Origin: Actinomycetota bacterium | GTDB taxonomy: Bacteria; Actinomycetota; Actinomycetes; Nanopelagicales; Nanopelagicaceae | Length of the DNA stretch: 64,000 nucleotides | Direction of reading: 5' to 3' | NCBI GenBank assembly: GCA_947449535.1 | Contig: CANFRP010000006.1 | Span: 1,052-65,051 of the forward strand | Part shown: piece by piece, positions 20,876 to 31,384 of the stretch | Layout of the letters: each line of letters begins with the position of its first letter | How positions within the stretch are numbered: position 1 is the first letter of the stretch | Notes under the pieces: generated by a model | The model's input: the letters and a program-made list of their open reading frames with translations, nothing else | What the model was told of the DNA's origin: nothing | Databases searched by the model: none | Position numbers and translations under genes: made by a program

Positions 20876-21856
20876 TTAACTGTGGCCATCAAAGAGGCTA
20901 GTGACTGATCCATCTTCAAAGACTTCACGGATTGCGCGAGCCAGAAGTGGTGCAATGGAGAGAACTGTCAATCCATCAAAGCGAGATTCTTCTGGAATAG
21001 GCAATGTATCAGTCACAACGACTTCTGCAACTTGAGATGACTTCAATCGCTCCACTGCAGGTCCAGAGAGTACGGCGTGGGTGGCGGCGATAATAACTTC
21101 CTTAGCGCCGGCTTCATGAAGCGCGGTAACTGCTTTGGTGATTGTGCCTGCGGTATCGATCATGTCATCGATCACCACGCACGTGCGCCCCTTCACATCA
21201 CCGACGACGCGGCCAGTGATGGACTCGTTTGGAATCAATGGATCGCGGGTCTTATGGATAAAGGCGATCGGGCATCCACCGAGTAGATCTGACCAACGCT
21301 CAGCAACTCGAACGCGACCTGAATCCGGGGAAACGATGGTGAGATTGTTGCGATCAACTTTGCTACCAACATAATTCGTAAGAAGTGGAAGCGCGAAAAG
21401 GTGATCTACCGGACCATCAAAGAAACCTTGAATCTGGGCAGTGTGTAGATCTACGACCATCAAGCGATCTGCGCCAGCTGTTTTAAAGAGATCAGCCATT
21501 AATCTGGCAGAGATTGGCTCGCGACCGCGATGCTTCTTATCTTGACGCGCATATCCATAAAACGGTGCCACAACAGTGATTCGCTTTGCGGAAGCGCGCT
21601 TGAGCGCATCGACCATGATGAGTTGTTCCATGATCTGCTTATTGACTGGGGCCGCGTGGGATTGAAGTACGAATGCATCGCTGCCACGAACTGATTCTTC
21701 GAAGCGAACAAATATTTCACCATTAGCAAAGTCATAGGCAGATGTTGGAGTCAGCGGAATGCCGAGTTCGGCTGCCACGCCCTCTGCAAGCTCTGGGTAT
21801 CCACGACCAGTAAATAGGCGCAACCGCTTTTCGGATGAGAGTCGAAGTTCGCTCAT
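20876..21856 (-). CDS. prs: Ribose-phosphate pyrophosphokinase
   Basis: 'YARQDKK' and the 'VIDDMIDTAGT' PRPP-binding loop. Confidence 0.95.
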   Translation of the reverse strand: MSELRLSSEKRLRLFTGRGYPELAEGVAAELGIPLTPTSAYDFANGEIFVRFEESVRGSDAFVLQSHAAPVNKQIMEQLIMVDALKRASAKRITVVAPFYGYARQDKKHRGREPISARLMADLFKTAGADRLMVVDLHTAQIQGFFDGPVDHLFALPLLTNYVGSKVDRNNLTIVSPDSGRVRVAERWSDLLGGCPIAFIHKTRDPLIPNESITGRVVGDVKGRTCVVIDDMIDTAGTITKAVTALHEAGAKEVIIAATHAVLSGPAVERLKSSQVAEVVVTDTLPIPEESRFDGLTVLSIAPLLARAIREVFEDGSVTSLFDGHS

Positions 21857-21881
21857 ATCTGTGCTCCTTTTAGTTCAGTGC

Positions 21882-23309
21882 TCATTCGGTTGCCCCTGCT
21901 TTTTTGGCCGCTTGCGCAGATTTCGTTGCCGATCTCTTGCGAAGAACCCATCCCAAAATATTTTTTTGCTTAGCTCGCGCTACGCCGATTGCACCTGCGG
22001 GCACATCTTCGGTAATCACTGAGCCGGCGGCCGTATATGCGCCATCTCCCACAGTGACTGGAGCGACCAACATAGTGTCGCTACCAATTCGGACTTCGTC
22101 TCCGATAATCGTTTTATGTTTCTCGACGCCATCATAATTAACAAAGATGGTGGCAGCGCCAATATTGGTGCCGGAGCCGATCGTGGCATCTCCCACATAT
22201 GAGAGGTGAGGGACTTTGGAACCTTCCCCGATCGAGGAATTCTTAACTTCTACATATGCCCCCACTTTGGCTTTTGCCGCCAAATGGCTACCGGCGCGAA
22301 GGAATGAGAATGGTCCGACTGTTGCCTGCGGCCCTATAACACTTCCGGTGCAATGGGATTCAATAATTGAGGCGCCTTCGCCAACTTGTACTGAGTCGAG
22401 TGTTGTGCGCGGCCCAATGATCGCACCGGTCGCAACTGATGTTGTGCCACTCAACCAAGAACCTGGATAAATAGTGACATCAGATGCAAGCGTGACGGTG
22501 ACATCAATCCAGGTAGAGGCTGGATCAATGATCGCTACGCCTGCCTTCATATGTTCCAGATTAATTCGCTCACGCATGTAGTTGGCACACTCAGCCAATT
22601 GGGCACGATCGTTGATGCCAAGTGTTTCAGTGAAATCAAAAGAGAGAATTGCAGAAGCTTTATTGGAGCTCGCCTTAATCAGAGCGATGACATCAGTGAG
22701 ATAAAGCTCGCCTTGTGAATTTTTGTTGGTGAGTTTTGCAACTGCTGAAGTTAGTGCCGCAATATCGAAAAGGTAGACGCCGGTGTTAATTTCATCAACC
22801 GATTTCTCATCATCGGTAGCGTCACGCTCTTCCACGATTCGAGCAATCGATCCCGTCTCATCACGAATGATGCGACCATACCCGGATGGATCAGGGAGGG
22901 AAGCGGTCATTACAGATGCTTCATTTCCCATTTCGATATGAGCTTCTAAAAATTCGGTGAGGGTCAGCGGATTAAGAAGTGGTGTGTCACCAGCGACGAC
23001 GAGAACATTGCCAGATGCTTTGAGACCTGCGAGCGCCAATTGAACTGCATGCCCTGTGCCATTCCGTTCTGATTGAAAGACAGTAATTGCATTGGGGGAA
23101 ATTTCTTTGACGTGGGATTCAACGGCTTCGCGCGATGCTCCGACAACTACGCGCAATTCCTTCGGTGAGAGTGGCTTTAGCGCCTCGAGAACGTGTCCAA
23201 TAATTGTGCGGCCCGCAATAGTGTGAAGAACTTTGGCCGTGCCAGATTTCATTCGTGTGCCCTCGCCAGCAGCGAGCACGATCGCTGTTTCTAGCTTGTG
23301 GGACAACAC
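21882..23309 (-). CDS. glmU: Bifunctional UDP-GlcNAc pyrophosphorylase / GlcN-1-P acetyltransferase
   Basis: 'LAAGEGTRMKS' and C-terminal left-handed beta-helix hexapeptide repeats. GTG start with an AGGAG SD. Confidence 0.95.
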   Translation of the reverse strand: MLSHKLETAIVLAAGEGTRMKSGTAKVLHTIAGRTIIGHVLEALKPLSPKELRVVVGASREAVESHVKEISPNAITVFQSERNGTGHAVQLALAGLKASGNVLVVAGDTPLLNPLTLTEFLEAHIEMGNEASVMTASLPDPSGYGRIIRDETGSIARIVEERDATDDEKSVDEINTGVYLFDIAALTSAVAKLTNKNSQGELYLTDVIALIKASSNKASAILSFDFTETLGINDRAQLAECANYMRERINLEHMKAGVAIIDPASTWIDVTVTLASDVTIYPGSWLSGTTSVATGAIIGPRTTLDSVQVGEGASIIESHCTGSVIGPQATVGPFSFLRAGSHLAAKAKVGAYVEVKNSSIGEGSKVPHLSYVGDATIGSGTNIGAATIFVNYDGVEKHKTIIGDEVRIGSDTMLVAPVTVGDGAYTAAGSVITEDVPAGAIGVARAKQKNILGWVLRKRSATKSAQAAKKAGATE

Positions 23310-23384
23310 CGCTCCTGACTTCTCGTCTTGCGCCTGGTAGATCGAATTCTATCGGGCACTTTAATAGGGGGAACTGGTGGAGCT

Positions 23385-23459
23385 TGGCTCCGCCACCAGG
23401 TATCGATCCTGGACCCTGGGCTTCAAAGGCCCATGTGCTAGCCACTACACAATGGCGGA
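23385..23459 (-). tRNA. tRNA-Gln (anticodon UUG), CCA encoded
   Basis: Hand-folded cloverleaf. Acceptor TCCGCCA/TGGCGGA (U1:A72). D stem GTGT/GCAC. Anticodon arm TGGGC-CTTTGAA-GCCCA. T arm CCAGG-ATCGATA-CCTGG. Discriminator G plus CCA. 75 nt. Confidence 0.85.
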
Positions 23460-23516
23460 ACCTGAATTGTCCTGCATGAGCGGGAGTTCTGCCAAATGCA
23501 GGGTGAATAGGCAGAT

Positions 23517-24437
23517 CTAAAGAGTCGAAATAACTCGAGCTCCAGGGACGGGGCCGGTAGCCCTTGCGATATCGCCCACAACTCCACTGGCAGAGAGGGC
23601 AACGGTGAGATCCAATGCTTTCTCCTCACTCTCCACTAAGAATGCAACAGATGGGCCGGAGCCGGAAACGATTGCACCTAAAGCGCCATAATCCTGACCA
23701 ACATCGAGTACTAATCGAAGTGCCGGTCGCAACGAACATGCCGCGGATTGAAGATCATTGGACATCGCATTTCCTAGTGCAATCGGATCACCCGCACGAA
23801 TCGCTTGCATCATTGCATCACTTACTTGAGGTCGTGCAATATCTAACCCATCACGGAGTCGATCGCACTCGGCATAAACAGAAGGTGTAGAAAGTCCTTG
23901 ATTCGAAATTGCAATTACCCAGAAATAACTTCCACGACTTAGTGCCGGCGTAATCTCATCACCGCGGCCACGGCCAATAGCAATACCACCGCAAATTCCA
24001 AAAGGAACGTCGCTTCCGAGTTCTGCGCCAATTCGCTCTAATTCATCTCGAGAGAGTCCAAGTTCGAAGAGTGAGTCAATGCCGACAATAACTCCCGCGG
24101 CATCTGCGCTTCCACCTGCCATTCCTCCCGCTACTGGAATCTCTTTTTTGAGATGGATGGCGATATCTGGCGTAATGTCGAAACGCTCAACAAAAATCTG
24201 TGCCGCTCTAAAAGCTAAATTGGATTCGTCAGTCGGCACCCCATGGGATGTTGCGCCAGAGACGGTAAGTGTGATTCCACTTCCGGTGGTGCCCACTTTC
24301 ACAGTGACATCATCAAATAACGAGATTGCTTGGAAGACGGTAGTGACTTCATGGAATCCATCTTGGCCAAGTGGCCCCACGGATAATTGGAGGTTGATTT
24401 TCGCAGGTACGCGAACAATGACTCCGTTGTATCTCAT
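23517..24437 (-). CDS. ispE: 4-diphosphocytidyl-2-C-methyl-D-erythritol kinase
   Basis: 'PAKINLQLSVG' and the GHMP motif 'PVAGGMAGGSADAA'. Confidence 0.93.
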   Translation of the reverse strand: MRYNGVIVRVPAKINLQLSVGPLGQDGFHEVTTVFQAISLFDDVTVKVGTTGSGITLTVSGATSHGVPTDESNLAFRAAQIFVERFDITPDIAIHLKKEIPVAGGMAGGSADAAGVIVGIDSLFELGLSRDELERIGAELGSDVPFGICGGIAIGRGRGDEITPALSRGSYFWVIAISNQGLSTPSVYAECDRLRDGLDIARPQVSDAMMQAIRAGDPIALGNAMSNDLQSAACSLRPALRLVLDVGQDYGALGAIVSGSGPSVAFLVESEEKALDLTVALSASGVVGDIARATGPVPGARVISTL

Positions 24438-24456
24438 AGCGCTAGCCTATTGAAAA

Positions 24457-25293
24457 TTACGGGAGTTGCTGGGCGATTGAAATAAAAGCTGGCAAGAGAA
24501 GTGACTCACCGCGAAGAGTCGGATCGATTCCCGCCCTTTCGATCGCTTGCGAAGCACTGGCGCTGCTTCCAAAAATCTCGGATAGCGCGGCGCGTAGCAT
24601 TTTTCTGCGCTGGGCAAATGCAGCATCAATAATGCGGAATGTCGTGCGGCGAAGCGCCTCATCCCCCGCAGGTAAATGACGTACAAATTTCACCAGTGAT
24701 GAATCGACATTAGGCACTGGCCAGAAGATGGAGCGACCCACATTTCCAGCTGATGACATATCTGCCCACCAGGTGGATTTAACAGATGGCGAGCCATAAT
24801 TCTTAGATCCAGGAAGTGCGACTAATCGATCCGCAACTTCGCTTTGGACCATCACCACGCCTTGGCGCAAAGAGGGAAAGAGCTCGAGAAAGCGAAGAAG
24901 CACTGGTACGGAGACGTTGTATGGAAGGTTAGCCACAAGGACTGTGGGGTCGATCGGAAGTTCAGCGATTTCCATTGCATCTGCCCTAATAATGGTCAGT
25001 AGTGAAGCATCAAAGCCATGTGATGTAGCAGTGAGTGGTAATTCTGCCGCAAGCCGCGAATCAATCTCTATGGCAACTACACGAGCAGCATCCTCTAAAA
25101 GGGCAAGAGTGAGTGAACCAAGGCCCGGTCCGATTTCTAAAGCGATATCGCTTTTAGTGACATCAGCGCTTTTTACGATTCGCCGGCAAGTATTTCCATC
25201 AACCACAAAATTCTGCCCAAGTTTCTTAGTGGGCGTGAGATCAATGCGTGCAGCAATCTCGCGAATTTCAGTGGCGCCAAGAAGTGATCTCAT
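24457..25293 (-). CDS. rsmA: 16S rRNA (adenine1518/1519-N6)-dimethyltransferase
   Basis: 'KKLGQNFVVD','EIGPGLGSLT','ANLPYN'. Confidence 0.95.
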   Translation of the reverse strand: MRSLLGATEIREIAARIDLTPTKKLGQNFVVDGNTCRRIVKSADVTKSDIALEIGPGLGSLTLALLEDAARVVAIEIDSRLAAELPLTATSHGFDASLLTIIRADAMEIAELPIDPTVLVANLPYNVSVPVLLRFLELFPSLRQGVVMVQSEVADRLVALPGSKNYGSPSVKSTWWADMSSAGNVGRSIFWPVPNVDSSLVKFVRHLPAGDEALRRTTFRIIDAAFAQRRKMLRAALSEIFGSSASASQAIERAGIDPTLRGESLLLPAFISIAQQLP

Positions 25294-26162
25294 TATGTGA
25301 AAGACCCAAAATAGCGAACGGCATTATCAGACAAAATCTTCGTCAATTCATCGACATCATCCCCGCGCTCCTGCGCCATGAAACGCACAATGTTCGGAAT
25401 CTGCGCTGGGGTATTTAAAGTTCCGCGATGAGGTGCTGGAGCCAAGAATGGTGAATCGGTTTCGACAAGTAATAGATGTGGTGGAACGATTTTTACGGCA
25501 GCGCGTAAATCTGGCGCATTTTTAAATGTCAAAGTACCGGCGAACGAGAGGATGAATCCTTTGGAAACACACTCTGCAGCCATCTCGGCGTCACCGGAAT
25601 AGCAATGAAAGATGGTGATTTCTGGAGCGCCCACTTCATCTAATACATCGAGAACTGCACGATGTGCATCGCGATCATGAATAACGAGGGCTTTATTGAG
25701 CTTCTTTGCTAGAGCGATATGGCGGCGAAATGAATACTTCTGCTTCTCCTGCAATTCCGGTGGAGTACGAAAGAAATCCAAACCTGTTTCGCCAATAGCT
25801 CGAACTCGTGGGTGGAGCGCTAATTCTTCAATAATTGCTAAATCTTTTTCCAAGTCTTCGACCACTGGAGCTTCATTGGGGTGAAGCGCAACGGCCGCAA
25901 GAACGATGCCGGGATAGTGCTCGGCAAGCTTTACTCCCCACGCAGATTGCTCTGCTGAATATCCAACTTGCACAAGGCGATCAATGCCAACACTTTTCGC
26001 TGTGGCAATTACATCGGCAATGGCTTGCGAATCAGGAGCGTCGTTCGCAACGATCTCCAAATGGGCATGCGCATCGACACAAGGAAAATTAAGTGGCTGC
26101 GGTAAAGGCGGAAGCGGACGATCAATATCGCGATTATGGCGATCTTGGCTTTTCTCACTCAC
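25293..26162 (-). CDS. tatD: TatD-family metal-dependent hydrolase/DNase
   Basis: 'DAHAHL','GETGLDF','HCYSG','TDSPFL'. Confidence 0.9.
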   Translation of the reverse strand: MSEKSQDRHNRDIDRPLPPLPQPLNFPCVDAHAHLEIVANDAPDSQAIADVIATAKSVGIDRLVQVGYSAEQSAWGVKLAEHYPGIVLAAVALHPNEAPVVEDLEKDLAIIEELALHPRVRAIGETGLDFFRTPPELQEKQKYSFRRHIALAKKLNKALVIHDRDAHRAVLDVLDEVGAPEITIFHCYSGDAEMAAECVSKGFILSFAGTLTFKNAPDLRAAVKIVPPHLLLVETDSPFLAPAPHRGTLNTPAQIPNIVRFMAQERGDDVDELTKILSDNAVRYFGSFT

Positions 26163-26171
26163 GGATGAGAA

Positions 26172-27728
26172 TTATTTCTCTTCTAGCCGAGGGAAGAGAA
26201 CAGCGCCCTTAGTAACAACACTTCCCGGTGGAAGCTGACCCCAAGTGGCAACATCAGCGATTTTCTGCTTCGCAATATCTCCCAAGGTGGCTTGTGCACC
26301 CAATGATTCCCACAAAATTTGGGTTGTGGCTGGCATTACTGGATGCAACAAAACGGCAAGCGCTCGAATTGATTCAGCAGTGTTATATAAAACATTATTG
26401 AGCTCTGTTGTGCGCTCTGGATCTTTAGCAATCGCCCATGGCTCTTGTTCGGTGACATAACCATTAGCGCGCTTACAGAAATCCATAATTGCAGAAATTC
26501 CACCCTGGAAATCAAGGGCCACCATTGCGGCATCCGCTTTTGCTACAACATCAACCAACATGGAAGAAAGCCCTGGGTCAGTTGCGACAGCTGGGATCTT
26601 GCCTTCACAATACTTTTCGATCATGGCAATCAGGCGAGATGCCAGATTTCCAAAATCATTAGCGAGCTCTGATGTGTAGCGCGCATTCATATCTTCCCAA
26701 GAAAATGAGCCATCGCTACCAAATGGAATCGCGCGTAAGAAGTAATAACGAAATGCATCCACGCCAAAATGATCAGTGATATCGCGGGGTGCGATACCTG
26801 TCAGCTTTGACTTAGACATCTTCTCGCCACCAACCAATAGCCATCCATGTGCAAAGACTTTACGTGGAACAGGGAGTTCTGCAGCCATCAACATCGCAGG
26901 CCAGATCACTGCGTGGAAACGGAGAATATCTTTTCCAACGAGGTGAACATCTGCCGGCCAAGTAGAAGCAAACTTCTTTCCACCTTCTGATGCCGGATCA
27001 TCACCCAGCCCAACAGCAGTTGCATAATTAAGGAGAGCGTCGAACCATACATAGATAACTTGATCGGTTGCCCAAGGAACTGGAATTCCCCAATCAAATG
27101 TGGAACGCGAAATTGAGAGATCTGAGACACCGCCTTCAAGAAAGGCCATCACTTCATTGCGCGCAGAAGTTGGTTCGCAAGCTTGCGGATTCTTCTTGTA
27201 GTGCTCAATTAATTGTGGAACAAAAGCAGAGAGCTTAAAGAACCAGTTATTTTCCGAGAGCATCTCAACTGGGCGTCCATGAATCTTGCACTTTCCCTCA
27301 TCTAGATCTCCGGGCAATTTAAATTCTTCGCACCCAATGCAATATGGACCTTCGTATTTACCTTCGTAAATAAAGCCCTTTTCTTTCAAACCTTGCAAGA
27401 ATCGTTGAACTCGCTCTTCGTGACGTGGCTCAGTGGTGCGAATGAAATCATCATTAGCAATATTCAGATGCTTCCAGTTGGGCTTCCACGCTTCTTCTAC
27501 TAAACGATCACACCATGCTTGCGGAGTTACATTGTTCTGCGCCGCAGTATTCATAACTTTCTCGCCATGCTCATCGGTTCCGGTGAGGAACCAGACGCTC
27601 TCACCCTTTTGACGATGCCAACGTGTCAGTACATCTCCAGCCACAGTTGTGTAGGCATGGCCAATATGAGGCGCATCGTTTACATAGTAAATCGGCGTAG
27701 TTAGGTAGAAAGTTTTATCGCTCGCCAT
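26172..27728 (-). CDS. metG: Methionine--tRNA ligase
   Basis: HIGH motif 'APHIGHAYT' and KMSKS motif 'EKMSKSK'. Confidence 0.96.
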   Translation of the reverse strand: MASDKTFYLTTPIYYVNDAPHIGHAYTTVAGDVLTRWHRQKGESVWFLTGTDEHGEKVMNTAAQNNVTPQAWCDRLVEEAWKPNWKHLNIANDDFIRTTEPRHEERVQRFLQGLKEKGFIYEGKYEGPYCIGCEEFKLPGDLDEGKCKIHGRPVEMLSENNWFFKLSAFVPQLIEHYKKNPQACEPTSARNEVMAFLEGGVSDLSISRSTFDWGIPVPWATDQVIYVWFDALLNYATAVGLGDDPASEGGKKFASTWPADVHLVGKDILRFHAVIWPAMLMAAELPVPRKVFAHGWLLVGGEKMSKSKLTGIAPRDITDHFGVDAFRYYFLRAIPFGSDGSFSWEDMNARYTSELANDFGNLASRLIAMIEKYCEGKIPAVATDPGLSSMLVDVVAKADAAMVALDFQGGISAIMDFCKRANGYVTEQEPWAIAKDPERTTELNNVLYNTAESIRALAVLLHPVMPATTQILWESLGAQATLGDIAKQKIADVATWGQLPPGSVVTKGAVLFPRLEEK

Positions 27729-27737
27729 GGTCAGATC

Positions 27738-28571
27738 TTATCGGCTCTTGTGGTGGACCATTGCATCAAAGACCGAGCGCTTGGGTAGTCCCAACTCTTT
27801 GGCAACTTCGACGATTGCATCTTTCCGAATGATTCCAGCAGACTCCATAGCCAATACTTTGGCGACAAGATCGGCTTCGGAAAATTCGCGAGTAGTAGGG
27901 TCGAAACCTTCAACGACGACGGTGATTTCACCTAAAATTTCACGATCTTTAGCCCAAGCGAGCAAATCGGCAAGAGTTCCACGAACTGTCTCTTCGTAAG
28001 TCTTTGTCATCTCGCGGCAGATAGCGGCCTTACGATCTCCGCCAATTGAAGTGACTGCATCTTCTAGTGATTCCAATAAGCGATGCGGCGCTTCGAAAAA
28101 TATAAAGGTGCGCTCTTCTTCGGCAAGTGATTGAAACCATGTCACACGCGCACCACTTGTGCGAGGGGGAAATCCTTCAAAACTAAAGCGATCGGAGGGA
28201 AGTCCGGAAAGAACTAAAGCTGTCGTGACCGCACTTGGACCAGGCAGAACGGTTATGGGAATGTTTTTCTCTACTGCAGCGCGTGCCAAGCGATATCCGG
28301 GATCACTGATTCCAGGCATTCCCGCATCGGTGACTACAAGCAAATCTTCTCCGCTTTGCAATATTGCAATTAATTCATCGAGTCGTTCTAATTCATTTCC
28401 TTCAAAGAAGGAGATCAATTTTGCGTCGTAAGTAATTCCCAGGTCTGCACACAACCGACCAAAGCGACGAGAATCTTCTGCTGCAATAAATTTGACGGAA
28501 GAGATAGTGCGTTTGAGGCGACTAGACGCGTCGGCAGGATTGCCCAGGGGAATCGCAGCGAGAATAAGCAT
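27738..28571 (-). CDS. rsmI: 16S rRNA (cytidine1402-2'-O)-methyltransferase
   Basis: Tetrapyrrole-methylase fold ('AEDSRR','TDAGMPGISDPG'). Confidence 0.9.
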   Translation of the reverse strand: MLILAAIPLGNPADASSRLKRTISSVKFIAAEDSRRFGRLCADLGITYDAKLISFFEGNELERLDELIAILQSGEDLLVVTDAGMPGISDPGYRLARAAVEKNIPITVLPGPSAVTTALVLSGLPSDRFSFEGFPPRTSGARVTWFQSLAEEERTFIFFEAPHRLLESLEDAVTSIGGDRKAAICREMTKTYEETVRGTLADLLAWAKDREILGEITVVVEGFDPTTREFSEADLVAKVLAMESAGIIRKDAIVEVAKELGLPKRSVFDAMVHHKSR

Positions 28572-28612
28572 GGGGAGATTCTCGCAGGTCTTGCAGGCTT
28601 TACTCTTCTCTC

Positions 28613-29887
28613 ATGAGGTTGATCAGCTGGTTACAGCAAAGAATTTGGCTAATCTCACTAACTTTGATCGGCCTTTTCTTTCGCTTGTGGCATTTATCCC
28701 AACCCAAGGGACTTATTTTTGATGAGCTCTACTATGTCCGCAACGCCTATTCACTTCTCCATCATGGAGTTGACCTAAATTCCAAAGGTGCGCCGGATTT
28801 CGTAGTTCATCCCCCAATCGGCAAGTGGTTAATTGCTGGTGGAATCAAACTATTTGGCTATCACGAGTTTGGTTGGAGATTTTCTGCTGCAATTATCGGT
28901 ACCGCATCGATTGCTCTGATGTATCTGACAGTTGAAAAATTATTTGCCAATAAGTTCTTAAGCATTACTGCCACTATTTTGATGCTCTCCGATGGACTCC
29001 ATCTTGTACATTCCCGAGTTTCGGTCCTTGATATCTTCTTAATGTTCTTCATCCAACTAGCTTTCTATTTCGTCATCACCCACCAACATTGGTGGGCAGG
29101 GCTTGCATTTGGTTTGGCGATTGGCACAAAATGGAGCGGCCTCTATCCCCTGATCGCATTTGCAGTACTTGCAGTGCTGCTGGATATCCGAGCAAATAGT
29201 TTGATGAAAATGCTACCCCGTAGAATTCTTCAATACGGGCTACTTCCTCTCATTACCTATATCGCAAGTTGGGGGGGTTGGTTCTTTACTTCGGTGGGAT
29301 TTGATAGAAACCTCGGGGTAGTCACAGGATTTGTCGATTACCACAAGCGAATCCTCAGCTTCCACGCATCGCTGCACGATGCGCATAACTACTCTGCAAA
29401 TCCATTCACTTGGCTAATTCAAAGTCGCCCCACCGCTTTCTATTATGAATCTCCGCCAGGTTGCGGGACCTCTAAATGCGCTCAGGAGATTTTGGCGCTA
29501 GGAACTCCCCTCCTCTGGTGGATCGGAACTATCGCTCTTGCAATTACTGTTGGCTTCTTCATCTCCAAGCGCGAATGGCGAGCAGGTTTTATTCTCCTTG
29601 GACTTGGATCTTGTTATCTTCCATGGTTCGCATTTCAAAAGCGAACGATGTTTAATTTCTACGCAATTTCTTTTGAGCCATTCTTAGTAATGGCGATTGG
29701 CTACGTTCTCTATAAGTATCTATCCTCAGCTGAGAACGATCGTCAGTTGCAGATCCGAAAGCGGATAATCATTGGTGGTTTAGTCGTGATTATCGTTAAC
29801 TTCTTCTATTTCTTACCAATATTTACGGGAACCACAATTCCCTATGAGACCTGGCTCAATCGAATGTGGCTAGATTCTTGGATTTAA
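28613..29887 (+). CDS. pmt: Dolichyl/polyprenyl-phosphate-mannose protein O-mannosyltransferase (PMT family)
   Basis: Polytopic protein with the loop-1 'FDELYY' DE motif. Divergent from rsmI, as in mycobacteria. Shorter (424 aa) than the mycobacterial Pmt as I remember it. Confidence 0.8.
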   Translation: MRLISWLQQRIWLISLTLIGLFFRLWHLSQPKGLIFDELYYVRNAYSLLHHGVDLNSKGAPDFVVHPPIGKWLIAGGIKLFGYHEFGWRFSAAIIGTASIALMYLTVEKLFANKFLSITATILMLSDGLHLVHSRVSVLDIFLMFFIQLAFYFVITHQHWWAGLAFGLAIGTKWSGLYPLIAFAVLAVLLDIRANSLMKMLPRRILQYGLLPLITYIASWGGWFFTSVGFDRNLGVVTGFVDYHKRILSFHASLHDAHNYSANPFTWLIQSRPTAFYYESPPGCGTSKCAQEILALGTPLLWWIGTIALAITVGFFISKREWRAGFILLGLGSCYLPWFAFQKRTMFNFYAISFEPFLVMAIGYVLYKYLSSAENDRQLQIRKRIIIGGLVVIIVNFFYFLPIFTGTTIPYETWLNRMWLDSWI

Positions 29888-29902
29888 AGGTAATGAGAAA
29901 CG

Positions 29903-30712
29903 TTATTCGTTTGCAGCGCGACCAGAATTATTAGCGGCCTCATCTGCAAGTTCCTGATCGAAAATATCATCTCGGGTTGGTAATAGTTCTTGGCGTTCGC
30001 GCTCTTGTGCTGCGCTCCACGCCCCAGGAATAGTCAGATCAATAATTCGCTTGGAAGGTACAGCCTTTGCTGCGGTCACGTAAGTCGGTGCGGGAACTTG
30101 GCGAGGTTCCCAAGCCTTAGAGAGTGCTGCATTGCCGCGCGGAATAATTACTACACCAGTTGATTCGGTACGTTCAGAAAGTGGAACCCAATGTTCATTA
30201 TTTAGCGATGTGTTGGTTGCTGCAATTTCACCAAAGATTGTCGTGTGGGAATATCGGGTAAATGAAATTCGCTCTTCACTTGTAGAAATATCTGCGTGTC
30301 CAATTTGTTCTAGTGCTTTTAATTTGCGAGCCCGCGCTTGGGAGGCTACGACTTGCCTGCGAACATTGACAATGTAAATTGAAATTGCCGTCACCGGAAT
30401 TAAGAGAATGGATGGATCAATGAATCCGATAAATGATCCCACTGTTGAAATAATTAAAATAGAAATTAGCGAGGTAAAAATAAATCGTCGTCTTCCGATG
30501 TGGTGGTCTTTTTTCTTAACTTCAGCGCTTTCTTCTATTGGTGAAATTTCAAAAGCTAAAGGGTGAGATCCATTTTCAGCGACAACTTTAAGTGCGCTCT
30601 TATATCGTTCATGAGATTTCCCTGAATTCTGATCATGCGAGGAGATCCAACGAGGCAAGAAGTAGGCCGCCCACATCCCGAGGATGATGAGGTAGATAAA
30701 ACCGGAGGCCAT
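29903..30712 (-). CDS. Hypothetical membrane protein (N-terminal TM plus a central TM hairpin), in the syntenic position of the Glp-receptor-type membrane protein
   Basis: TM segments 'FIYLIILGMWAAYFL' and 'FIFTSLISILIISTVGSFIGFIDPSILLIPVTAISIYIV'. Lies downstream of the moeA-like gene and the GNAT gene. Confidence 0.6.
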   Translation of the reverse strand: MASGFIYLIILGMWAAYFLPRWISSHDQNSGKSHERYKSALKVVAENGSHPLAFEISPIEESAEVKKKDHHIGRRRFIFTSLISILIISTVGSFIGFIDPSILLIPVTAISIYIVNVRRQVVASQARARKLKALEQIGHADISTSEERISFTRYSHTTIFGEIAATNTSLNNEHWVPLSERTESTGVVIIPRGNAALSKAWEPRQVPAPTYVTAAKAVPSKRIIDLTIPGAWSAAQERERQELLPTRDDIFDQELADEAANNSGRAANE

Positions 30713-30793
30713 GGGATAGAAGGTTATAAGTTCACGCTTACTATCTTGCGGATTTGGGCGGTATGTCCCTTTTGAAATCTTTAGAAATCTGGC

Positions 30794-31384
30794 CTATCTG
30801 ATCGACGGATTCTCTTTCACATAGGTGTTGTGATCACGCCATCCGCCATTTATATGGAGATATCTCGGGTGAAAACCTTCAAAAACAAATCCCGCCTTCT
30901 CAGCAACTCTGGTGGATGCCGCATTTTCCGGGCGAAGATTGATCTCGATTCTGTGAAGGTTCAATTGATGAAAACCAAATTCTGCGATCAAATTGACTGC
31001 TCGAGTTGTGATTCCTCGATTGGAATAGCGTTGATCAATCCAATATCCAATATGGGCTCCCCGATAGGCCCCCATCACGATGCCTCCCAAAGTGATCTGA
31101 CCAATAAATCTCCACGTGCCACCATCGAGATACCAGAGTCCGAGAGTGAGCGAGCGGAGCGCTTTTGCTTCGATTCGATATCGCGAAATCATCTGGAAAT
31201 AGGAAGGGAGGGGCTCGCCAGATTCAATTTCGGGGCGAGTTGCTTCCCACGGCTCAAGCCATTCTCGATTTAATTCCCGGACAACTTCCCAGGCGGAGCG
31301 ATCGCGATTGCGTAATGGGCGAAGAATTAAATCTCCATCATCAATTACTACTGGCCAAGCCCCGCCAGATGTAAAGAGCGCCAT
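30794..31384 (-). CDS. GNAT N-acetyltransferase (RimJ/RimL-like)
   Basis: 196 aa with an acetyl-CoA binding region 'NRGITTRAV...' typical of RimJ-like GNATs. Its start overlaps the upstream stop. Confidence 0.8.
   Translation of the reverse strand: MALFTSGGAWPVVIDDGDLILRPLRNRDRSAWEVVRELNREWLEPWEATRPEIESGEPLPSYFQMISRYRIEAKALRSLTLGLWYLDGGTWRFIGQITLGGIVMGAYRGAHIGYWIDQRYSNRGITTRAVNLIAEFGFHQLNLHRIEINLRPENAASTRVAEKAGFVFEGFHPRYLHINGGWRDHNTYVKENPSIR

Noticed and set aside
23119-23629. Three 63-108-aa ORFs (23119..23445, 23255..23479, 23438..23629) in the glmU/ispE spacer
   Set aside because: They overlap the glmU 5' end, the well-folded tRNA-Gln gene or the ispE 3' end. Nothing supports them as coding.
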